DNA of 64,000 bases from Patescibacteria group bacterium (GCA_943355005.1 CALRDV010000001.1:15410-79409); one strand, 5' to 3'; counted from the first letter of the stretch, positions 9,452-18,444 are shown. Notes: generated from the sequence alone by a model not told the origin. Translations and numbers: made by a program.

Positions 9452-9766
9452 ATGTTATATTTATTTATGGCCAAAAAAACATCGATACTTAACAAGAAAG
9501 TAAACAATGGATTGTTTGTATTAATTGTTTCATTTGTTATCATTCTTGGTATACTTTTGGTCGCCATGAAAGCGTCGGCTCCGGGGTCAATCACTCCAAA
9601 TGCACCTGAAAGTCAGCCGAAGGCCTATGAGAGAAAGTCTGTAGGGAAACCAACACCACCTAAGAGCACTTACAAATGCACTCCTCAAAACTGCCCAGCA
9701 CCTCAGTTCTATTGTTACAATTCAACAAATTGTTTAAGTAGTACTCCGGTAAAAGTTCTTAAATAA
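9452..9766 (+). CDS. small membrane-anchored/secreted Cys-rich protein (start may be the ATG at 9467)
   Basis: Hydrophobic segment LFVLIVSFVIILGILLVAM, then a Pro/Thr-rich region with 5 Cys (KCTPQNCPAPQFYCYNSTNC). Own terminator downstream. Confidence 0.5.
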   Translation: MLYLFMAKKTSILNKKVNNGLFVLIVSFVIILGILLVAMKASAPGSITPNAPESQPKAYERKSVGKPTPPKSTYKCTPQNCPAPQFYCYNSTNCLSSTPVKVLK

Positions 9767-9791
9767 AATAGCCTCGCTAATTAAGTAAAAA

Positions 9792-9822
9792 ATAATCCCA
9801 CAAACTGTGGGATTATTTTTTA
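9792..9822 (+). terminator. Rho-independent terminator
   Basis: AATCCCACA-aact-GTGGGATT + TTTTTT. Confidence 0.8.
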
Positions 9823-9824
9823 TA

Positions 9825-9830
9825 TATAAT
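9825..9830 (+). promoter_or_regulatory. -10 box TATAAT 8 nt upstream of the ATG at 9839 (near-leaderless transcript)
   Basis: Terminator T-tract abuts TATATATAAT. No SD. Downstream ATCCAGA resembles the cassette-promoter consensus. Confidence 0.5.
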
Positions 9831-9838
9831 GAATCCAG

Positions 9839-10912
9839 ATGGATAACTCTGCCCCCGCCCAAACAACAAATTCTGCCGCCAAAAGCGATCTGGAAGTCCT
9901 GACAAAAAAACTTGAAGGTGTAGAGATGCCACCGGAACTGAAGGAGAAAGCTTTATCTATGATTGCTCGTTTGGAAAGAATGTTTTCTCAGGGTTTTTAT
10001 TCAGAAGAATTCGAAAAGGTTTCTCATTATATCGAGTGGATTGTAAAAGTCCCTTGGAGCAAGCGTGTAGATAAGCCAATCGATTTGGTTGCCATTAAAG
10101 ATTCCATGGATAAGAGTCACTACGGTATGGATATAGTTAAAGAAAGAATCATCGAATACATGGCCGTTCTCAAACTCCGCCAATCTCGCAATCTTGGTGT
10201 TGCTCGCGCTCCCATCATTTGTCTAGTAGGTCTTGTCGGTACCGGGAAAACCACCTTTGCTTACGCTCTCTCGGAAGCTCTAGGCCGCCCCATCGCCCGT
10301 ATTCCTTTTGGAGGTCTAGGTAGTGCTCGCGATCTTCGTGGTGAGTCCCGTCTCCACATCGAAGCTGAGCCGGGCTACATTGCTCGTGCTCTGTGCGACT
10401 CAGGTGTCAAAAATCCCATTATACTTCTGGATGAAATCGACCGTGTTACGGAAGAAGCACGCATGGATATCATGGGTGTGCTTGTCGAAGTTCTAGATCC
10501 AAGTCAAAACAATCGCTATCTGGATCACTTTATCGACTATCCCATCGATCTCTCCGAAGTCATGTTCATCGCCACGGCTAATAACACAGGCAACCTTGCA
10601 ACTGCTGTTATGGACCGTCTTGAGCCCATTCAAATGCCTTCTTACACAGATGAGGAAAAAACTCACATTGCTCAGAACTACCTACTACCCAAGGCTCTTG
10701 AGGCTGCCGGCATGGATCCTGCGACCATTTCCATCGACCCTTCTCTCTGGCCCACCCTTATCCGCCCTCTCGGTTACGATGCGGGTATTCGTACTCTAAA
10801 TCGTACGATTGAGGGAGCAGTCCGTAAGGTTGCCTCCATGATTGTTACCGGACAAGCTCAAACCGTCCACCTCACCCCGGACAACATCAAAGGCTTCCTC
10901 CCCAAGTGGTAA
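9839..10912 (+). CDS. Lon-like AAA+ ATPase module without N-terminal LON domain and without S16 protease domain
   Basis: Colinear with the Lon helical linker + AAA+ region: ...HYGMDIVKERIIEYMAV..., Walker A GLVGTGKTT, Walker B ILLDEIDR, sensor/lid ...AGIRTLNR.... Ends right after the AAA+ lid. No DGPSAG/Ser-Lys dyad region downstream. Confidence 0.75.
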   Translation: MDNSAPAQTTNSAAKSDLEVLTKKLEGVEMPPELKEKALSMIARLERMFSQGFYSEEFEKVSHYIEWIVKVPWSKRVDKPIDLVAIKDSMDKSHYGMDIVKERIIEYMAVLKLRQSRNLGVARAPIICLVGLVGTGKTTFAYALSEALGRPIARIPFGGLGSARDLRGESRLHIEAEPGYIARALCDSGVKNPIILLDEIDRVTEEARMDIMGVLVEVLDPSQNNRYLDHFIDYPIDLSEVMFIATANNTGNLATAVMDRLEPIQMPSYTDEEKTHIAQNYLLPKALEAAGMDPATISIDPSLWPTLIRPLGYDAGIRTLNRTIEGAVRKVASMIVTGQAQTVHLTPDNIKGFLPKW

Positions 10913-11062
10913 GGAGATATTTCTGGTAAATTAAAATATCCTTTCAGGAGATTTTAATTTACAATATTAAAAATATCTCCGATTGCCGAGCATGTTTCGT
11001 AACGAACCATGCACAGGCGGGACTGTGTTTGAGATAGAGAAAAAAATAAATATGCATTACCT

Positions 11063-11398
11063 ATGAACCGATTTTTCATCTATTTAGTCATTCTCGGGCT
11101 TACTCTTTTCACCTCTATTGGAGACTCCTTTCTCAAGCGGGCAGGAAGTGGAAATACTTTCATCAACTGGAGATTGTTTATATCAGGCTTTATCATCTAC
11201 ACAATTACCACTTTTGTGTGGTTCTTTATTTACAAAAACGTCAAGTTCTCTATCGCCGGCTCGGCATACGGCGTTTTTACTGCACTTGTCTTTGCTGTTA
11301 TTGGCGTTTTTTATTTTAAAGAGTCTATTACTTCTATAGAAATAGTCGGTATCTTCTTAGCCATCACTTCCATTCTCATCCTCGGACGCTTCAACTAA
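11063..11398 (+). CDS. 4-TM SMR/EamA(ArnE)-like small membrane transporter
   Basis: 111 aa, four hydrophobic helices, general SMR/EamA-like hydrophobic architecture. Confidence 0.6.
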   Translation: MNRFFIYLVILGLTLFTSIGDSFLKRAGSGNTFINWRLFISGFIIYTITTFVWFFIYKNVKFSIAGSAYGVFTALVFAVIGVFYFKESITSIEIVGIFLAITSILILGRFN

Positions 11399-11414
11399 TT
11401 TCCTAACCACGAAT

Positions 11415-11442
11415 GTCATTCCGGGCTTGACCCGGAATCCAG
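11415..11442 (+). repeat. Hairpin repeat variant GTCATTCCGGGCTTGACCCGGAATCCAG
   Basis: Stem ATTCCGGG/CCCGGAAT with compensatory changes relative to the ATTCCCGA/TCGGGAAT copies. Confidence 0.85.
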
Positions 11443-11447
11443 AGTCA

Positions 11448-12845
11448 CTAAATACTCTCCAAGAACTCCAACATTTTTCTCTCCAGAACTTCAGCTCGCT
11501 TTTTATTCTTGCCAAAAATGATGTAAGACAAATATCCATCATGGAGCAGATTGGAAGAACAAATTACCAGACCTTCTCTTGTCTTTCTCGAGAACAATAT
11601 TGGCTCCATTAGCTTATGTAGTTTTTTGAAAGTCGTATTCTTCTTATTCGGCAAGGTATGCATGTTCTCACAAAGAACATACGACTTCTTAGTAAAATCT
11701 CTTCCGGCCAGCTCAATCGCCGCGTTATACATATGCGTTCCGCCTGTTACACGGACATTGGACTCATTTACAAATATCTCTCCATTTTTTCCGGCAATGT
11801 AATCAATATCAAAATATCCCCGGTAACCATCTGCCGAATACTGTTCGCCGATTAAATACCCAATATCTGTAATTCTTGAAGCTACTCTCTTTGGTAGAGT
11901 TTCTTCTCCTATCTCTATTCCGGCAAAAACTCCCTGCCTGTCTACTCTCATTCCACAGTAATACAAGAATTTTACTTCGCCATTTTTCTTAATCATGAAC
12001 TCGGAGTTTGGAAAGCCACCTCCGATTCTTGGATTCGGCTGAACCAGTGACTCAACCACAATCGGAAATTTTTCCCAATATGCATCTCTGCGTAATATCT
12101 CAATTATTTTTTTCTCGCACTCGGCAAACTTTTTTGGCAGCTCGCCCTTTCTGAATATTAGAACTCCTGCTCCTGAATGCCCTTTGTTTGTCTTGATTAC
12201 CACTCCACCTTCCTTGATATATTTATTGGCAGCTATGCCGGCAGTATCGATAATTCCGGAACTGATGACTCCGTTTGGCATTTTCATATCAGACCTCATT
12301 GCTCCATTTATCTGAGTTAGTTGTCTGATCCCCGACTTACTCCCGTAAAAATTTACCGTCCAAGCATCGGACTCTTCCGGCGCCAAAGGTGTCCGCACCT
12401 CCACTCCCTTATCTCTAAGTGTCTTGATTAGGTACAAGAATTCCGGCGAGGTTGAATAGGAAGTAATCGAAAGTCTTTTGTATTTTTTCTTCATCCCCAC
12501 CAGTTTCGCCATAATATCCTCATCTTCCAAAATATCTTCACATAGTTTTCCGGTGTGGTTCTTGGTCACAAAGATTTCCAAGTCTCGGACTTCACAGAGC
12601 TTCTTGAAATATTCCACGAAGAGGGGATCGATGGGTTTGGGGGCAATGAAAGTAAATTCAAACTCTTCCGCCATGGAGAACAAATCTTTGTCGGTCAGAT
12701 TAGCATTCTCATCTATCTCCCATTTTTGCAGTTTCTTGTCTCCGTAAGCTTCGATAAAAGGCCACACATCCTCCGAACAGTTAAATATTCGGATTACTCT
12801 TTCTCTCTTCTTTCCTCCAGGCTTATCAGTTTTTATGTTTTTCAT
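11448..12845 (-). CDS. ATP-grasp superfamily ligase with ~190-aa N-terminal Rossmann-like pre-ATP-grasp region
   Basis: C-terminal half: GGVVIKTNKGHSGAGV (ATP-binding Lys), ...GYFDIDYI...VNESNVRVTGGTH (Mg-binding E/N). Confidence 0.6.
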   Translation of the reverse strand: MKNIKTDKPGGKKRERVIRIFNCSEDVWPFIEAYGDKKLQKWEIDENANLTDKDLFSMAEEFEFTFIAPKPIDPLFVEYFKKLCEVRDLEIFVTKNHTGKLCEDILEDEDIMAKLVGMKKKYKRLSITSYSTSPEFLYLIKTLRDKGVEVRTPLAPEESDAWTVNFYGSKSGIRQLTQINGAMRSDMKMPNGVISSGIIDTAGIAANKYIKEGGVVIKTNKGHSGAGVLIFRKGELPKKFAECEKKIIEILRRDAYWEKFPIVVESLVQPNPRIGGGFPNSEFMIKKNGEVKFLYYCGMRVDRQGVFAGIEIGEETLPKRVASRITDIGYLIGEQYSADGYRGYFDIDYIAGKNGEIFVNESNVRVTGGTHMYNAAIELAGRDFTKKSYVLCENMHTLPNKKNTTFKKLHKLMEPILFSRKTREGLVICSSNLLHDGYLSYIIFGKNKKRAEVLERKMLEFLESI

Positions 12846-12853
12846 TTTATCTT

Positions 12854-12887
12854 GTCATTCCCGACCTGATCGGGAATCTATATAAAT
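12854..12887 (+). repeat. Hairpin repeat GTCATTCCCGACCTGATCGGGAATC + TATATAAAT
   Basis: Identical core to the 1992 copy. Confidence 0.9.
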
Positions 12888-12939
12888 TATTCTAATTTCT
12901 CTATAAGTGTACTCGTCTCATCTCATTTGTAAAGTCACA

Positions 12940-12975
12940 AATTAAACCAAATAAAAACCCCGCCTTTCGGCGGGG
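12940..12975 (-). terminator. Rho-independent terminator ending the minus-strand 3-gene unit (14355 to 12985)
   Basis: CCCCGCC-tttc-GGCGGGG. On the minus strand it is followed by TTTTTATTTGGTTT. Confidence 0.75.
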
Positions 12976-12984
12976 TTTGTAAAA

Positions 12985-13239
12985 CTAAATCATAGCTATG
13001 AGATTGAGTACGACGAGGAATGCGAGGAAAAACCCCGCTCCACCTTTTGCTTCCGGATCTGCGGGAAGAAGTAGAATCACTACGGCAACGACTATCGCCG
13101 CAGTATATCCCATTCCCAGCGGAAGTAACCAGCACATGGCAATAAGTACACCGTAGACTGTTACTCCTGTTTTCCCTCCAATCGCCGCAGCCGCCCCGAA
13201 TATCACTAAAAGTAATATCACTACGATAGTCAAGTCCAT
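12985..13239 (-). CDS. small hydrophobic membrane protein (84 aa)
   Basis: Almost entirely hydrophobic, 2-3 TM. Preferred over the overlapping 12935-13261 frame. Confidence 0.5.
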   Translation of the reverse strand: MDLTIVVILLLVIFGAAAAIGGKTGVTVYGVLIAMCWLLPLGMGYTAAIVVAVVILLLPADPEAKGGAGFFLAFLVVLNLIAMI

Positions 13240-13271
13240 GTTTACCTCCTTTGTTTTTCACATAGCTATTT

Positions 13272-13904
13272 CTAACGATATGAGTATGAGTGAATGGTCG
13301 TGAACACTGGATTAGTTACCAGTTGCAGATCAGGATTGGCCAGCAAATTGGTCTCAAAGGAATAAAGTGTCAAACCATACTCAGCCGCTTTGATCTTTGC
13401 CTCTTTTGCGAACGCTTGAAAAACCTCCTCAGAAGTGAAAGTGCTCTCGCAGAAATCTTGGTCAATTGAGGCAATTCCAAGCTCGGCAAGAGAGCTACAT
13501 TTATAAGCGACCAGATCTCCTTTGACGGGAACGAGAAGAACACTTCTGTACACACCAGACACCGCAACGTTCATCCTCGCCACCGTGGTAATGGTGATAG
13601 ATACACCGTCTTCACTTCTGGATACAATCTCGCCTATACGCACAGAATACCCATCTCCATCGTAAGTTGTACCGATGCCGAAGGAGTACTTGTAGGCTTC
13701 TCCACCGACAGTGAAGATACTAATGGATTCTGTATTGTAGTAAGAACTGTCCAGAGGCCAGACAACCTCGCTCTGTACGTGCTGGAATGTTCTTGTCTGA
13801 GGAACTATATTTGCCGAAATTAGTAAATAAAGTGCAAGTATAAGTCCCAGCACAATCACTAAAAAGAATGTGCTTAGTAAAGCATTCTGTTTCTTAGTCA
13901 TCAT
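13272..13904 (-). CDS. hypothetical signal-anchored protein (210 aa)
   Basis: N-terminal TM LLSTFFLVIVLGLILALYLLI, then a soluble domain. Confidence 0.55.
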   Translation of the reverse strand: MMTKKQNALLSTFFLVIVLGLILALYLLISANIVPQTRTFQHVQSEVVWPLDSSYYNTESISIFTVGGEAYKYSFGIGTTYDGDGYSVRIGEIVSRSEDGVSITITTVARMNVAVSGVYRSVLLVPVKGDLVAYKCSSLAELGIASIDQDFCESTFTSEEVFQAFAKEAKIKAAEYGLTLYSFETNLLANPDLQLVTNPVFTTIHSYSYR

Positions 13905-13923
13905 ATCTCCACTTCTGTTGAAC

Positions 13924-14355
13924 TTATTTTGTATTTCTGATCACAATGGTGAAATCACTTTTGCTATCAACGCTAAACCACCAAGTGTTTTCACAACTGG
14001 TAGCCAATATATCTGCAGGTACCTCTTCAAGGAATTCGGCTTCAATATTGTCTCCCAAAGCAATTCCAACATAGTATTCCCCAGCAGACTGAGTTTCTTC
14101 TCTGCTGGAACGCTCAGGTATGAAGCCTGAAATAGGCGGTGTCACAGAAAAGTTATCAAGCGAGTAGTACACAAGCTTGAAATCTCCAGGATTTTGCTCC
14201 GGAAAACAAGGCAAACTATCGGACTCCGACGGCTCACTCGTTTCAGTGAGGGTGATTGACTCTCTTCTGTCTTGCCATCGCTGAAGAAACATTCCAGCAA
14301 GCATGGAAAACGTGATAACCAGCAACAAACCAAAAATACGATCAGATTTAGACAT
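13924..14355 (-). CDS. hypothetical signal-anchored protein (143 aa)
   Basis: N-terminal TM IFGLLLVITFSMLAGMFL, then an acidic domain. Confidence 0.55.
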   Translation of the reverse strand: MSKSDRIFGLLLVITFSMLAGMFLQRWQDRRESITLTETSEPSESDSLPCFPEQNPGDFKLVYYSLDNFSVTPPISGFIPERSSREETQSAGEYYVGIALGDNIEAEFLEEVPADILATSCENTWWFSVDSKSDFTIVIRNTK

Positions 14356-14430
14356 TTTATCTCCTCTTGAATTTGATGTGAACGTACTAAAAACTTAGGA
14401 GTATTATCCTATAGCTAATCAATGTTTGCT

Positions 14431-14483
14431 GGACAAATGGTGGACAGTTTTAGGACAGAACTTGGGCTCATCGACCACCATTT
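14431..14483. promoter_or_regulatory. Candidate operator: three direct repeats GGACA(A/G) at 11-bp spacing (14431, 14442, 14453) plus inverted repeat AAATGGTGG/CCACCATTT (14435-14443 / 14475-14483)
   Basis: In the divergent intergenic region between the membrane-protein unit and the wHTH-containing gene at 14516. Helical phasing is typical of OmpR/PhoB-family binding sites. Confidence 0.45.
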
Positions 14484-14515
14484 CCTCCACTCTTCGGACG
14501 TGCTAACATCCATAT

Positions 14516-15493
14516 ATGGATTTAGAACAGCACCCTCTTTATCAGGAATTTGTCTTGGCACTAGAGAATAGCTACAAGAAGAACAGCAATCTCCTAATTG
14601 TTACCGTGCCAGGAATAGGTACCTCCCACTTTATTAAAAAGTTCATTGAAGGCGATACTTCAGGAAAATTTCAGCATATCAAAGACGACTCTTCCGAACT
14701 TAAAGAATTTAACATTCTCGATCTCAATTTTGAGAAAAATCATGAAGCATTTCAGTTGGCTACCCAATATTTCAAAAAAGCAAAGCTCTCACAAAAATTT
14801 GCCTTAGTTGTAAACACCCCCTCTATTTTAAAAACCGATTCTTACCTTCAATCTAATCTGGCTAATCATATTTACAACACCTATTACTTTAAAACATTAG
14901 GTAAAAATATTATTAAAGTCATATCAAAATTGACAGGTATGAATCTAAGTTTAGACCAGGAGGCTAAAATCTACTCGTACTCAGGTGGACTAAGTCACCT
15001 TACCAAGAGTCTTATTATTAACTCCGATTTGTTGAATAAGTCGGTCGCTGAACTTATCGACGAACCTGTTATTATTAACCCTCTTCTTCCGACTATTAGG
15101 GTAATTTCTCAGTGCAACACAGAGGTCCTAAACAAACTTGAAATCACCCAAAACAGTATTTTTATAAGCGAGATTCTTAAAACATATTTTTCCCTTCACC
15201 CTATCAACTTGCCACCACAAATTGTAGTAAACAAAGATCTATCTTTTACTGAGGATGGAATTCCATCAGAACATAAGTTGATTAAAATTGAAAAACAAAT
15301 AATCGAGATGGCATCTAAAGATGATGGTGTAATTCTTAAGGAGAAAATTGCTGATCTAAAATGGGGTGATGGTAGTTATGATGATTTTTCAGATCAAGCA
15401 ATAGGTAAAACCATGCAAAGACTCGGTAGGAAACTTAAAAAGCATCAGCTAATTATCTTGCCAAAAGTTGGCTATAAGATTGTAAAAATATGA
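14516..15493 (+). CDS. HprK-like pseudo-P-loop domain protein with C-terminal OmpR/PhoB-type winged-helix DNA-binding domain
   Basis: N-terminal LLIVTVPGIGTSHFIKKFIEG aligns to the HprK Walker A (vLitGeSGvGKSEtAleLikrG) but Lys is replaced by Thr. C-terminal ...WGDGSYDDFSDQAIGKTMQRLGRKLKK..ILPKVGYKIV matches Trans_reg_C. Confidence 0.5.
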   Translation: MDLEQHPLYQEFVLALENSYKKNSNLLIVTVPGIGTSHFIKKFIEGDTSGKFQHIKDDSSELKEFNILDLNFEKNHEAFQLATQYFKKAKLSQKFALVVNTPSILKTDSYLQSNLANHIYNTYYFKTLGKNIIKVISKLTGMNLSLDQEAKIYSYSGGLSHLTKSLIINSDLLNKSVAELIDEPVIINPLLPTIRVISQCNTEVLNKLEITQNSIFISEILKTYFSLHPINLPPQIVVNKDLSFTEDGIPSEHKLIKIEKQIIEMASKDDGVILKEKIADLKWGDGSYDDFSDQAIGKTMQRLGRKLKKHQLIILPKVGYKIVKI

Positions 15494-16542
15494 GCCCCGG
15501 CGCTGAACCTCAGTTCCAATTGGTAAAGAGTGGTCTTGGTGAAGGTTTTATTCATCCGGATACAGTTCTCGGAGAAAAATCCATTCAAATGCTTGATTAT
15601 GGTGAGATAGCCAAAGGAATTAATTTTCAGTTGACACAATATCCTGACGGTGACAATCTTGTATGGATAGCCAGAATGTACGAAGGAGAGGATGAGCTAA
15701 AAAATCAGCTTGGAAAAATTGGAAGCAACATTGAAAAACAATCCCTCACTGAAATTCAAAATGAAAGATTGGTTTACTGTCTTTCCGAGCTGAACCTACC
15801 ATTATTCTTGGCAGTACATCTTGCTTTAAATCGCCCAAATATCGATGTTAGAAAATTCTCCAATCCAAACAAAACAGATTTTATTATTGTCACTGGGGAT
15901 TCGAGGTCCGGAAAATCAACTCTCGTGTCTGCTATGTCTCTCAAGTTTCCTGACAAAGTAGAGGGTTATTCCTTGGAATTTTTTACTTCAAATTCTGGAT
16001 TAACATATTCGAATTATTTCAAATCAGAAGGACTTAATGAAGATTCTGAGCCGGCCGAAATTTTATCAGCTGTAAGCCGTTTTAGGTCCATGACTAAAGA
16101 GGAAAGGAGTTCATACAACTCTCAAGACGAAGCTGTCGAAAACGCCAATCTCTCTCAAATATTAGATGGTCTACTCGAAAAATGTTTGCGAGGAGATTCA
16201 AAGTTAATTCTAATTGAAAGTCCCGGAGCCAGAGACGATACCACAGTACAAATAACTCACCTCATTAGAGAATCCCTCGAAGTCGAGCTTCGAATTTTTC
16301 AAGCGAAACCAACAGTAGATTCTTTATTATTGTCGACCCAAGGTGACACTTTTGAGATTTTGACTGACGAAAATGGTCAGGTTTCTCCTCGCCCTTGTTT
16401 GTGGTTACAAACTGAAGGACCCGGCCTGGATATATACAATTTGGATGATGTTACTAATTTGATTCATGAGTACAACGATAAGGTTCAGATCGAGGCTAAA
16501 AAGCTCAGAGAGAGTATCGTAAATAAGCTTCAAAATCCCTAG
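15490..16542 (+). CDS. P-loop NTPase/kinase, HprK-like Walker A (GDSRSGKST)
   Basis: FIIVTGDSRSGKSTLVSAM. 4-bp ATGA overlap with the upstream gene (translationally coupled pair). Confidence 0.5.
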   Translation: MSPGAEPQFQLVKSGLGEGFIHPDTVLGEKSIQMLDYGEIAKGINFQLTQYPDGDNLVWIARMYEGEDELKNQLGKIGSNIEKQSLTEIQNERLVYCLSELNLPLFLAVHLALNRPNIDVRKFSNPNKTDFIIVTGDSRSGKSTLVSAMSLKFPDKVEGYSLEFFTSNSGLTYSNYFKSEGLNEDSEPAEILSAVSRFRSMTKEERSSYNSQDEAVENANLSQILDGLLEKCLRGDSKLILIESPGARDDTTVQITHLIRESLEVELRIFQAKPTVDSLLLSTQGDTFEILTDENGQVSPRPCLWLQTEGPGLDIYNLDDVTNLIHEYNDKVQIEAKKLRESIVNKLQNP

Positions 16543-16695
16543 CATGCTATAATTACCACCAGTCCACGGAATCGTTGTCCAGTGATATGAGAGTTTATAT
16601 AGAATCAGTTAGATTTTAACCTCCAGTCAGAGAAACTTTACCCGTAAATTAGGATTTTGGCGCCTTTCCTCGCCCAAACTGAATAAGACAATCAT

Positions 16696-16729
16696 GTCAT
16701 TCCCGACCTGATCGGGAATCTATAAAAAT
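16696..16729 (+). repeat. Hairpin repeat GTCATTCCCGACCTGATCGGGAATC + TATAAAAAT, ~60 bp upstream of rnj
   Basis: Identical core. Confidence 0.9.
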
Positions 16730-16788
16730 AGTTACTGTTGATTCTCATTCAGTTACAATATTATTAGGAAAATTAATTACAAAAAATT

Positions 16789-18444
16789 ATGTCTCAACTT
16801 AAGTTGATTCCTCTCGGTGGTGTTGGTAGTGCAACTAAAAACATGTACGTTTACGAATTTGGTGATGACCAGCTGGTCATCGACTGCGGTATGGGTTTCC
16901 CTCAAAGCAGTGATCTGGGTGTGGATTCCGTCATTCCCGATATTAGTTATCTGGAAAAATCCGGTAAACATTTACTCGGTATTGTCCTTACCCATCCTCA
17001 CATGGATCATATTGGCGGTCTTCCTTACATCCTTCCTCGTCTCAAAGACGTCGAAGTTTTTGGTGGCAAGCTTGCTATCGCCATGGCCGAGCTCCGAGTT
17101 CGCGAATTTGGAATTACCAATCGTATGACCCCGGTCGAAGGCTCACTAGACCTTGGACCCTTCCATATCGAATTCATACACTCCACTCATTCGGTTCCAA
17201 ACTGTTTTCATTTAGTCATCAAGACTCCGGCCGGTACCGTTTATCATGGTGCTGACTACAAGTTCGATCTAACCCCTATCGATAATCTTCCACCCGATAT
17301 GGCCGGAATGGCCGCTGCCGGAACTGCCGGTGTCGATCTTATGTTCACCGACTGTTTGGGAATTGAGAAATCGGGCTACTGTCCATCAGAAAGAACTTTA
17401 ATGAAAGCTATAGACGATGAAATTAGAAATACTCAAGGTAAGGTTATCTTTACCGGCATGTCTTCTTCAATTTCTCGTTTCCAGATTGCCATCGAGGCTT
17501 CTATTAAGCATCACCGTCGAGTCGCCATTATTGGTCGCTCGGTAGAACAGAATATCGAAGCCGCCATTAAAACCGGTTTCTTAAAAGTTCCCGCCGGAAC
17601 TTTTATCAAGCCGCAGCAAATCGCCGGACTTCAGGCCAAAGAAGTTACGATGCTTGTTTCCGGTTCACAAGGTCAGTCTGGTTCCGCTATGCATCGCTTG
17701 GCTAACAATGAACACCGCTTGGCTCGTCTGAAGAAAGGTGACAAAGTCATCATTAGTTCGAATGCAATTCCGGGTACCGGCAACGATGCCGATATCTTTG
17801 ATCTCATGGACACTCTCTACAAAAATAGTATCGATGTTATCTACTCAGGCACTTCAGAGAACCTTCACGTTTCCGGCCACGGCTATCGAGGTGATATGGC
17901 TCTCTTGGCTCGCTTAGTTCGTCCCAAATACATTATCCCAATTGGTGGAGATCTCCGTCACATGATGCTTTACAAAAATAGTTTGGCCAAAGATCTTAAT
18001 CACAACAGAGATAACGTCTTTGTCCTCTCAGAAGGACAGTCTGTCATTCTTGAAGATCACGTCGTCAAAGAAGGTCCCAAGTTCGAGACCAAAAATATTT
18101 ATGTTGATGGTCTGGGTATTGGAGATGTCGGTACTGTCGTTCTCCGTGATCGTCAGGTTATGTCCGAAGACGGTATTCTTATCGCCATCGTTCCTGTCAA
18201 ACGGGAAAACTCTCAAGTCACCGGTGACGTCGAAGTTATTTCTCGAGGCTTTGTCTACCAGAAAGAATCTCAAGATCTTATTCGCGACGCCCGCAATCAA
18301 GTCCAGCTTTGTTTCAAAGACAACAAGGGACCTGTCACTGACTGGGGCTTCTTACGCAAGAAGATAGAAGGCCAGCTGGAGAAGTTCGCTTTCGAACACA
18401 CCCAGCGCAGGCCACTTGTTATAGCGATTTTGATCGAGGTATAA
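16789..18444 (+). CDS. rnj: ribonuclease J (metallo-beta-lactamase/beta-CASP)
   Basis: HPHMDHIGG motif. 551 aa with beta-CASP and C-terminal domain. Confidence 0.9.
   Translation: MSQLKLIPLGGVGSATKNMYVYEFGDDQLVIDCGMGFPQSSDLGVDSVIPDISYLEKSGKHLLGIVLTHPHMDHIGGLPYILPRLKDVEVFGGKLAIAMAELRVREFGITNRMTPVEGSLDLGPFHIEFIHSTHSVPNCFHLVIKTPAGTVYHGADYKFDLTPIDNLPPDMAGMAAAGTAGVDLMFTDCLGIEKSGYCPSERTLMKAIDDEIRNTQGKVIFTGMSSSISRFQIAIEASIKHHRRVAIIGRSVEQNIEAAIKTGFLKVPAGTFIKPQQIAGLQAKEVTMLVSGSQGQSGSAMHRLANNEHRLARLKKGDKVIISSNAIPGTGNDADIFDLMDTLYKNSIDVIYSGTSENLHVSGHGYRGDMALLARLVRPKYIIPIGGDLRHMMLYKNSLAKDLNHNRDNVFVLSEGQSVILEDHVVKEGPKFETKNIYVDGLGIGDVGTVVLRDRQVMSEDGILIAIVPVKRENSQVTGDVEVISRGFVYQKESQDLIRDARNQVQLCFKDNKGPVTDWGFLRKKIEGQLEKFAFEHTQRRPLVIAILIEV

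Noticed and set aside
12935-13261. 108-aa minus-strand ORF in alternative frame to 12985-13239
   Set aside because: Runs through the terminator hairpin and encodes a low-complexity Arg/Ser-rich product. The hydrophobic 84-aa frame is more gene-like.
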